NCBI RefSeq assembly: GCF_009914755.1
Contig: NC_060933.1
DNA from: the human T2T-CHM13v2.0 reference genome, Homo sapiens
Direction: 5' to 3' (one strand)
DNA length: 64,000 bases
Positions within the stretch are counted from its first letter, which is position 1; each line of letters starts with the position of its first letter. Positions 15,179 to 25,339 of this stretch are shown in pieces. The notes beneath the pieces are model-generated. The model worked only from the letters and a program-made list of their open reading frames with translations, had not been told where the DNA came from and did not search any database. A program made the position numbers and the translations under genes.

Positions 15179-15530
15179 TGAGCACGACCCGTCCTGAGCC
15201 GGCAGATGTGGTGGAAGCCCCGGAGCTCCGGAGCTCCCGGAAGGACTGGAGCGTGGGCGGAAAGGAGGCCGCCCCTAGAGCCGGAAGCCTGCGCAGGGGA
15301 CAGAGGCCTCCGGCGGCGCCCCCCAGCAACAGCAGGGCGGTGCCACATTGGTCCTGAGCCAGGCCTGGCCGCCGGAGACGGCGGGACTCTCTGGGAGGCC
15401 GGCGGTCCTCGGGTGTAGAGGGAGACAGCTGCCCGGGGGCACGGGCGAGCGCCTCTGGGGGTCCTGGATCCGAGACCCGCGGCCCCGGGGTGGCGGTGAC
15501 GCCTGGAGTCATGCGGGCTTGGCTGGGCCG

Positions 15531-15542
15531 GGCTCTTGGGGC
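15531..15542 (+). promoter_or_regulatory. 5S rRNA gene D box
   Basis: Exact GGCTCTTGGGGC at -32 to -21 from the 5S start. Confidence 0.85.
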
Positions 15543-15562
15543 AGCCAGGCGCCGCTGCTGGC

Positions 15563-15681
15563 GTCTAGGCCACACCACCTTGAACGCGCCCGCTCGCCTC
15601 TGATCTGTTGAAGCTAAGCAGGGTCGGGACTGGTTAGTACTTGGATGGGATTCCGCCTGGTAATAGCGGTACCGTAGGCTT
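15563..15681 (+). pseudogene. 5S rRNA pseudogene (RNA5SP family), near full length
   Basis: GTCTAGGCCACACCACCTTGAACGCGCCCG...GAAGCTAAGCAGGGTCGGGACTGGTTAGTACTTGGATGGGATTCCGCCTGG...GTAGGCTTTT. Clear 5S homology with several substitutions/indels. Confidence 0.95.
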
Positions 15682-15683
15682 TT
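15680..15683 (+). terminator. Pol III T4 terminator of the 5S copy
   Basis: TTTT at the 5S 3' end in a G/C context. Confidence 0.6.
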
Positions 15684-16692
15684 GGCTTCCCGCTCCCTCC
15701 TTCTTTCCCCCTTTTGTCTCCGTGCTTCCCAACTGCGCCCCGCCTCTGCTCCCCGTTGACCGCCCCCGTGCCCCAGCCGAAGCCCAGGACCTCCTCCTGA
15801 AGATCCGCCACTGCAGCACCGCCAGGCAGCAGCATCCCACCTCTTCCGACTCGCGGCAGCCCCACCCAACCCGGGCGGGACGGGACCGACCCCGAGGGTG
15901 CAGGCGCGGGTTCCCTGAGGTCCCGGGTCTCTTCACGCTCCCCGGACTCCCAGGCAATTGTATTCATTCATTCAGCGTCACTGCAACCGTCCAAGCCGGT
16001 GGGAGGGGCGAGCAGGGGCAGCGGGTGCCACAGACCCCAGCCAAGACCTCCGCTCCAGAACCCGAGGGCTGCTTTCCCCAGAGGAAGGACATTTTCTTCG
16101 CCAGCCACGAGGAAATCCGTCCCTGTGCACCCTGTTTCCCAATGCCACCGACTTCGTGTAAACTCCAGTCCAGAGGACAGGAGAGAGACCCAGGCCTCGC
16201 CCCGTGGACAGGCTCGGCGCCACGGCTCCCGCCAGACACACGAGCACACTCTACAAATCTCGGGGCCCACCGCATCAAGGAGACAGAAAGAAGCAAACAA
16301 AGGAAGGACCTTATGAAACGCACCCCCAAAGCAACCAACCAATCCAAGGAAAAAAACAAGTCTCAGGGCTCCATTGGTTTTCCTGGGTGGGGGGCCCTGA
16401 CCCCCTGTTCTAGCCCGGCCCAAGAACCCTCCACCACACCCCGGCCTGCTGAAAGGTGCCCTGTCTACCTGAGCAGAGCCTCCCTCTCCAAGGCTCTGTC
16501 GCTGTCGCTCCACAACTCCCTCACCCTCTCCCTTTCTCTACTTCCCCCTCCACCTCTCGCTCTACTGTGGTGCTCTCTCTTCCCCCCTCTCTCTCTCCTC
16601 CCCCCTTTTCTGTCTCTCTCTCTCTCTCTATCGCTGTCTCTCTCTCTCCCTCTGGTTCTATTTCTCCATCCCTCTCTCCCTTGCTCTCCTTC

Positions 16693-17150
16693 TGCAGCAG
16701 GAGGAGCTGCAGACAGAACCCCTCAGACACCGAGTTGTAGAAGGAAGGGCTTTATTCAGCTGGGAGCATCCGCAGACTCACGTCTCCAAAAACCAAGCTC
16801 TCCGAGTGAGCAATTCCTGTCCCTCTTAAGGGCTTACAACTCTAAGGGGGTCCGCGTGAGAGGGTCTTGATGGATTGAGGAAGCAGAGGGTACGTGACTG
16901 GGGGCTGCATGCACAGGTAATTAGATCAGAACAAAACAGGACAGGGATTTTCACAGTGCTTTTCTATACAATGTCTGTAATCTATAGATAACATAACCGA
17001 GTAGGTCAGGGATCGATCTTTAACTACCAGGCCCAGGGTGTGGCGCGGGGCTGTCTGCCTGTGGATTTCATTTCTGCCTTTTAGATTTTACTTCTTCTTT
17101 CTTTGGAGGCAGAAATTGGGCATAAGACAATATGAGGGGAGGTCTCCCTT
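16693..17150 (-). mobile_element. Solo LTR2-family (ERV1, HERV-E/Harlequin) LTR
   Basis: Minus strand reads AAGGGAGACCTCCCCTCATATTGTCTTATGCCCAATTTCTGCCTCCAAAG...AATAAAGCCCTTCC...CCTGCTGCA. Absent from the second 5S unit. Confidence 0.9.
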
Positions 17151-17989
17151 TGAGCTATCTGTGTCTGTGTCTTTGTGTGTCCGTGTGTGTGTGCCCGGGT
17201 GTGGTGTGTGTGTGTGTCTGCGCGCATGCACCCGTGTGTATCCGTGTGTGTGTCAGGGTGGGTTTGCTCGTGGTAGTGGTGGGGTGTGTCTGGGTGTCCG
17301 TCAGCCCCTCTTTCCCGGGATGAGGCTGCCGGGGCTCTAGTGCCAGGGCGGGGCAAAGCAGAGCCTTCTTGCCCCTTTGGCCATGGCGGGTCCTCCTCAG
17401 AACAAGCGACGATGGTGTGAGCATTGTGAGAAAAAGGGCCTGTGGGGCTGGGCCGGCTGTTCGCCCCTGGGCAGCCCTGGCGGCTCTGGGTGTGTGGGGC
17501 AAGAGGGGGCCTTGCAGGAGGGGCGGCGAGGAATCCAAAATAATTTTTCCGCGGCAAGGCGGAGGACCGGAGGGGACCCCAGGACCGTGGGCCCTGGGCC
17601 CTGACGCCTCGGAGCACACCCCGTCCTAAGCGGGCCCCAGGTGTTGGAAGCTCGGGAGCTCAAGAGCCTGGGGAAGGCCTGGAGTCCCAGCGAGAGGGTG
17701 GCCGCCTGGAGAGTCCAGAGCCCTGGCAGGGGATGGAGGCCTCTGGCGCCTGGGCTGTCTCGCGCATGGTCTGGCCGCCGGCGACATCGGGACGCTCTGG
17801 GAGGTCGGCGGAAAGCGCAGCGCGGCGATGGTGGTGCTTGGGCGTAGAGGGGGAGAGCAGCCCGGCCACAGGCAAGCGGCTCCGGGGTGCCTGATCCCAG
17901 CCTCGCGGCCCCCGGGTTGGTGGTGACGCCTGGAATCAGGCAGGCGTAGCTGGACTGGGCTCTTGGGCCAGCCAGGCGCCACTGCCATT

Positions 17990-18011
17990 GTCCACGGCCA
18001 TACCACCTGGA
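17990..18011 (+). pseudogene. 5' remnant of a second 5S rRNA gene
   Basis: GTCCACGGCCATACCACC, preceded by a D-box variant GGCTCTTGGGCC (17958-17969). The rest is deleted. Confidence 0.85.
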
Positions 18012-18651
18012 AAACGAGAGAGACCCAAGCCGCGGCCCGTGGGCACGCTCAGCGCCACTGCTCCTGCCACAGTGAGGGGCGCACTCTACAACTTTCAGGG
18101 CCCACAGCACCAAGAGGACAGGGAGGAGCCAACAAAGGAATGACGCTACGAAAAGCACCCCCAAAGCAACCAACAAATCCAAGTAAAAACACGTCTCAGG
18201 GCTCCGTTGGTTTTCCCGCGTGGGCGGCCCTGCCCCCATGTTCCAGCCCAGCCCAGGCACCCTCCACCCTACCCTGGCCAAAGGGGCCCCTGTCTACCAG
18301 ATAGAGCCTCCCTCTCCAAGGCTCTGTTGCTCTCCCTCTCTAGCTCCCTCACCCTTTCCCTTTCTCTACTTCCCTCTCCACCTTGCTCTCTCTCTCTCTC
18401 TATCTCCCCAGTTCCTCTCTGTCTCTCTCTCCATCGCTGTTTCTCTCCTTCCGTTTCTATTTCTCATCCCTCTGTCCCTTGCTCTCCTTCAAGCTGTCTG
18501 TGTCTTTGTGTGTCTGTGTGTGTGCTTGTGTTCCCGCGCGTGCGCCCGTGTGTGTCTGTGTGTTTGGGAGTGGGTTTGCTAGTGATTGTGGTGGGGTGTG
18601 TCTGGATGTCCATCAGTACCTTTGTCCCAGGATCAGGCTGCCAACTCTATT

Positions 18652-20858
18652 GCCAACGCCTGGGTGTCACAGTTGCCGTGATAGTCTCACACACGCAGTT
18701 GTGTTCATCTCGTTCGTTTTCACGTAGACAACGAGAGCGAAACCACAGAGAAAAGAAACATCCCATGCATCACGGCCTGATGATGGATTCCTGTTTCCTG
18801 CAAAATGGGGAGTCTCCAATATAGCCTGTTTGAAAACTGGAAAGGAGAGCACCGACACGATGCTGGTCTTCCACGCATTCCTGGAAGTTTCTGGGGCCCC
18901 ACAGAGCTCGCGAAACAGTCAACATGGTCACGCTTTCGGGGGGCAGAAACTTGAGCAACAGGCACCTTTACAGAGGGCAAAGAAACGTGGAATCCAGAAT
19001 CACGCTTCAGTTGGCCTGAGTGTGACTCCTGTGTGGATGGGACTATCCGCCTCGAACTCTGTTGCAGGGCTCAACGTGGGGATATGTCATCTGTGAACCA
19101 TGTGGATGAAAAACAGACAACTACCTGGGTCTCGGCTCATTGCTCTCTGGGGAATTCGCTCATTCCTTCGGAAACGGAATTGGTCTGAATTGCTCCGGGA
19201 CGAAGTAACCCAGGCTGGTGATCCAGAGGGCCGCTGAGTGCCCCGCCGGCCAACGGGGCTGTGGGCCCAGCACTCAGCCTGTACTGGGCACCCAACATTT
19301 TCCCGGAGTTCTGGGTCCTGTTGGTTCTGGAGGCATAAGACCGTTTTTGTCTCTGCCTTCCGTTCTCTGTTTCTTGCTCCTTTTGTCCCTTGGTCCATCC
19401 TTCCATCTGTTCTTCCCTCCCTCCCCTGGCTTTTTCCTCCCTTTCTCCCTCCCTCCCTCTTTCTCTCCCTTCCGGGGTCCCTCCTTCCACCCATCCTTGC
19501 CTAGCTCCATCCTTCCATCTCACTCTGTCTCCGTTCCTGTCCTCATCTCTGCCTGCCTTCCCTCTTGCCTGGAAAGGGCAGCACCCTGGTTTGCGCGAGG
19601 TCTGGGGTCTTTATTTAGTTGCAAGGCGCTCTATGGTGCTGGCGAGGAGGCTGGCGGGACACGGGTTGGCAACTGATGGTGAGCGAAGAGGCGGAGGAGT
19701 CGAGCCGCAGAAAGGAGAACTGGCCTGGCTTCTGCCCCGGCCCAGTGTTTCGCGGACTGAGGTCTCCGCCAACCCGATTGAAGAACGCAGGGGGAAAAGG
19801 GATGAGAGCTCCGCCTGGGCTAGTTAGAAAACTAGGCTGCTGCCTGGAAACCCGCGCATGCGCAGTAGACAGCCTACCTCCCTGTACCTGGACCAGCTCT
19901 GGGATCCCCGGGATGCTCAGGAATGCTTTCTTGTCATTGTTGACAGCCCTCCTCTGTGTGGAGTCTCTCGCTGGACCTGGAACTCAGGGATCCTAGGCAG
20001 GTCAGCTGGAAGGGAAGACACGCCTCTCCACACCAAGCCTGAGGTTCACCGCGAAAGAGAGGCCGCCGCCCTGCCCCCACCCTGCCCCAAACCCGCCCCA
20101 ACCTGCTCCTCCAGGAGAGCCCTGTGTTCTTCCTGGCTGAGGAGTGGTTCCAGCAAAGCGGGCTCTTCCACGTCCTTCAGCTCCCCCAGTGGCGCCGGAT
20201 CTAGCAAAGGTTGTGCCTTTTGCTGAAACTCTGGGGTTGACAGGAGCTCATCTAACAGGCTGGAGGTGAGTGCAGACGAGAGCCCCGGCTCCTGGAGCGG
20301 TTGGGAGGTGCCCGGTTGGCTGGCATCTGTGCTTGACGCGGAGGCCTCCGGGGTCACGAGCTCCGGAGGTGAAGGTGCCCCGTCTTCGGGTTCCCATGCC
20401 GCCCTGGCGACCTGGGGCTCCAGCCCCACCACGGACTCCGGTGGGACGTGGGTGGCGCAAGCACACCTTTCCCCTGTGACTCAGCTTGAGGGGCCCCAAG
20501 CTGTCCCACTGAGCACGCGCCCAGCAGGCCGTCGCGCTGCGGGTTCTGGTCTTCCTGTCATTTGTTGGGGTTCGGAGGACACCAGGGAGTCTGAGGATGG
20601 GAGAGCCCCAGTTTCGGAGGGGCCAGGGCAGTGAACACAAAGCCCCGCATGCCCGGGCAGGTTGGGAGAGTCCTTCTGCCTGCGCAGCCTGGCTGGGCTG
20701 GAGCAGGGGGATGGCCCTTGCTGCCTGGCTCACGAAAGCCCCCTGTGGGAGAGCCCCAGGAGCGCAGGGCATGTGGGGTGCAGGAAGCGACTTTCCCCAC
20801 GCCCCGGTGTAGGTGAACTCGATAGAGGAGGGAGGAGGGTGACACCCACCAGGGGTGC
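18652..20858 (-). repeat. Diverged D4Z4-type macrosatellite segment
   Basis: Minus strand follows D4Z4 order: DUX ORF 3' half, exon-2-like segment (CATCCCGGGGATCCCAGAG), degenerate KpnI boundary GGTACA, purine-rich tract, CCACATGGTTCACAGA region. Confidence 0.85.
20046..20858 (-). pseudogene. DUX4L: DUX4-like pseudogene lacking both homeoboxes
   Basis: Peptides [34 protein letters not shown] and [11 protein letters not shown]...LSQEEHRALLEE match DUX4 post-homeodomain and C-terminal regions. They lie in different frames. Confidence 0.92.
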
Positions 20859-21271
20859 TAATTAGTAACCACAGTGGCCTCAAAGAACTCAAATGAAAGG
20901 AAGACTTGCAAGTCTCTCACTTTAAGTCCAGAGCTAGAAATGATTAAGCTTAGTGAAGATGTAGAATTTTCATAGCTAGAGAGAAGTCAACGCTTGGCTT
21001 CAAAACTTCAAAGGATGGGCTGACTCTCTTTGAGGAGCACTGCAGCTGGTGACTTTAAGTTACAGCCAGTGCTCATTGACCACTCTGAAAATCTCAGGGC
21101 CCTTAAGAATTATGCAAAATCTATTCTTTCTGCGCTCTAGAAATGGAACATCACTGTCTGGGTGACAGCACATCTGTTAATAGCATGGTTTACTGAATAT
21201 TTTAATCCCACTATTGAGACCTACTGCTCAGAAAAAAAAAAAAACCGATTCTTTTAAAAAGATTGTTGGTT

Positions 21272-21645
<374 letters not shown>

Positions 21646-21890
21646 CTACCCAGAAACTTAGATGGAGATGTACTTGGAAATTAATGTTATTTTCATGGCT
21701 GCTAGTACAATATTTACCTTCAGCCTGTGGATCAAGGAGTGGTTTTGACTTTCAAGTGTTTTTATTAATTAATAATTGCATTTTGTAAAGGTATAGCTGT
21801 CATAGATAGTGATTTCTTTGATGAATCTGGATAAACTGAATTGAAAACCTTTTGGAAAGGATTCACCATTAATCCTTTCATGATATTTGA

Positions 21891-21971
21891 ACCTCCTCCC
21901 GTGAATCACAAATGTCCTTAATAGCAATCCTTAAATGCCATTAAGGACATTTGTGATTGATGGGAGGAAGA
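21891..21971. ncRNA. MIR4477: MIR4477-type hairpin (Tigger1-derived inverted repeat)
   Basis: CCTCCCGTGAATCACAAATGTCCTTAAT-loop-ATTAAGGACATTTGTGATTGATGGGAGG is a long stem. It matches my recall of mir-4477a/b. Confidence 0.8.
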
Positions 21972-22857
21972 TGAAATATTAACATTAACAGGAGTTTGGA
22001 AGAAGTTGATTCCAGCCCTCATGGATGACTTTGAGGGCTCAGGATGTCAGTGGAGGAAGTCCCTGCAGATGTGGTAGAAATCACAAGACAACTAGAATTA
22101 GAATTAGGGCCTTAAGGTGAGATGAAATTGCTGTAAACTCATGATGAAACTTGAACAAATAGGGAGTTGCTTCTTATGGACGAGCAAAGAAAATATTTTC
22201 TTGAGATGGAATATAATCCAGGTGGAGATGCTATCAACATTGTTGAAATGACAACAAAGGATTTAGAATATTCCATAAACCTAGTTGATAAAGCAGCAGC
22301 AGGGTTTGAGAGGGTTTACTCCAATTTTGAAAGAAGTTCTACTGTTGATAAAATGCTGTCAAACAGCATCACATGCTACAGGGAAATCTTTTGTGAAAGG
22401 AACAAACTTCATTGTTTTAAAAAATTGACACAGGCTTCCAACCTTCAGCAGCCCCCACACTGATTAGCCAGCAGTCATCAATATAGAGGCAAGACTCTCA
22501 CCAGCAAAAAGATTATGACTTGGTAAGGCTCAGATATTCATTAGCATTTTTTAGCACTGACGTATTTTAACTTAAGGTATGTACACAGTTTTTTAGACAT
22601 GCTATTAATTACTAATTAATAATTATTAAATACTCATTAGACTACAATATAGTTTAAGCATAACTTTTATAAGCACTGGGAAATAAAATGTTTATGCAAC
22701 TAACTTGATTGTAACATTTGCCTTATTGAAGTGGCCTGGAACAAAACCCACACTATCTCTGAGGTGTGCTTGTAGGTTTTTGTTTGTAACATTTGCCTTA
22801 CTGCAGTTGTCTGGAACCAAACCCACAATATCTCTGAGTATGCTTCTAGGTTTTTGG

Positions 22858-23157
22858 TTGTTCTTTGTTTTGAGATGGGGTTTCGCTCTGTCGCCTAGGC
22901 CAGAGTGCAGTGGCATGATCATAGCTCACTGCAGCCTCAAACTGCTGGGTCAAGTGATTTTTCTACCACAGCCTCCTGAGTAGCTGGGACTACAGGCATG
23001 CAGCACTATGCCTGGCTATGTTTTTTTAATACTTTTTTTGTAGAGACGGGATCTCACTATGTTGCCCACCTGGTCTTGAATTCTGGGGCTCAGGCAATCC
23101 AGCCACTTCAGCCTCCCAAAATGCAGCCATTACAGGCTTGAGCAACTGCACCCAGCT
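22858..23157 (-). mobile_element. AluJ
   Basis: Antisense Alu with ATCATAGCTCACTGCAGCCTC. Confidence 0.9.
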
Positions 23158-23182
23158 CGTCTGCAGTTCTTAAAACAAACAC

Positions 23183-23502
<320 letters not shown>

Positions 23503-23519
23503 TTACAAATGTATATATC

Positions 23520-24030
23520 TACCATTATAGTATCATACAGAATGGTTTTACTGCCGTGAAGATTCTCTGTGCTCTGTGTATCCATCTCTTCCTTCCCCTT
23601 GGTCCATGGCAACCACTGATCTTTCTACTGATCCCATAGTTTCACCGTTTCCAGAACGTCATATAATTGGAATCGAACAGTACGTAGACTTTTCGGATTG
23701 GCTTCTTCTTTTAGCAATATGCATTTAAGTTTCCTCCATGTATTTTTTTGAGGCTTGATAGTTCATCTCCTGTTAGCAGTGAATAATATCCCGTTGCCAT
23801 TATACTTTTGTCAAGACTCAGAACGTACAACGTGAAGAGTAAACGTGAATGTGCACTGTAAGCTTTGAGTGATAATGAAGGATCAAGGTAGGTTCCTCGT
23901 TGTCACAGGTGTGCTCCTGTGAGGCAGGAAGCTGTAGTGGGGAGGCTGTGTGTGGGGAAAGGGACATATGAGAAGTCTGTACTCTCTGCTCCGTTTAGCT
24001 GTGAACCTGCACTTCTCTAAAAAATAAAAT
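23520..24030. mobile_element. Old L1MB/MC 3' fragments in both orientations
   Basis: GGCAACCACTGATCTTTCTACTG (antisense), then GTACTCTCTGCTCCGTTTAGCTGTGAACCT...AAAATAAAA (sense). Confidence 0.6.
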
Positions 24031-25339
24031 TAGTTAAAATTAAAAGCAAAAGATTAGAAAAATTAAAACATTACAATGTGTCATATAGTTTTCAAATCAC
24101 AAGACAGAAAAAGACATAATAAAAGAAACTATAGAAAACAACAAGGATAGGAATAAAACATCAGTGATAGAAGGCAGAAGACAGAAATGTGGAGCCAAAC
24201 ACATTAATTTATTTTAATCATTAGTTATACTCATTTATACTAATTTATATTGATTTAACATATTAATTCTGACTAAATGGCATTAAAAGAGGTCTGAGGA
24301 ATTTGCATGTCACATTCTGGATGACAGGACTCAATAATATTAACTCTTTAGTTTGCTGTAAATCATTTAAAAATATGCTCAAATTCCAATAAAAATTCCA
24401 AGAAAAATATTTTCGAATAAGAACATGTGATTTTAAATCCATATATTGAACACACACATACAATGAGAGCCATTATTATAAAATTTACTATAAGATATTT
24501 AAGATTATTATCACTATCCAAAATTAAACAAATTTGAAATGGCACAAAAATAAACACATTAATGAAAGAGAATTAAAAACACAGAAATTGAGTGTAATTT
24601 TATCTAGTAACGGTAACATTTTAAACCCACAAAACAGAGCGATTGTTCCATTTGTGGTATTAAAATATTGGGTAATGATTTGAGAATATAAAATGACAGA
24701 ATTGAATCATGGTCCTACACCTTACATAAAAGTTAATTCCAGTATTAAATGTAAAAAAAAAAAAGAGAGAGAAAAAAGAAAATTAGATGTGTATGTTTTA
24801 TGACCTTGAGAATGAATGTCTTCTAAAATCAAAATTTCAAACAGAAACCATATAAAAAGGAATAAACCTAACATACCTAAAATGTAAATTCTTACACATT
24901 TTAACACCAGGTAAATAGCACAAAACAAACTGGGGAAACTTTTACAGCAATTATGTTACATGAAAGTTAAAATCCTTATGACATATACAATGTATAAAAC
25001 AGTATGATTACTGCTATTATTAATAGCATTATGATTACCTGGTCTTCCCGCGCACCAGTCCTCTTCTGGTGCCCTGTGGTGAAGCAGAGCCCTCCCTCTC
25101 TGGCCACAGTGAGGGATCCAGCAGGAACCTGTGCCTAAACCCACAGAGGGTGTGAGCCAAGCCAGGACATCACATTCCCTCCTGCGAAATGATGCAGATA
25201 CCCACTCACGACAGAGATTTGGTCCCTCTCTGGAAAAGCTGTGTAACAATTATTGCAGAAACTTGTTTCTTATGTTCCCAGACACATGGAGAAAGCTGGT
25301 CTGGAAGACCGATGTCCACATGCTAAGAGAAGCAGTCAC

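Larger units (their letters stand above)
15180..18655 (+). repeat. Orphon of the genomic 5S rDNA tandem repeat, about 1.7 diverged units, CpG-rich
   Basis: 15400-15580 aligns by eye to 17830-18010, and 16175-17350 (minus the LTR) to 18015-18655. Each unit has a D box, a 5S start, a polypyrimidine tract and a (GT)n tract. Confidence 0.85.

Noticed and set aside
15641-16870. 409-aa ORF and many overlapping ORFs in the GC-rich block
   Set aside because: It runs across the 5S gene, spacer, CT tract and LTR2, with no protein-family resemblance. Expected from stop-poor GC-rich DNA.
20046-20892. Functional DUX4/DUX4c gene
   Set aside because: No homeoboxes or promoter, frameshifted, and the C-terminal frame lacks an ATG.
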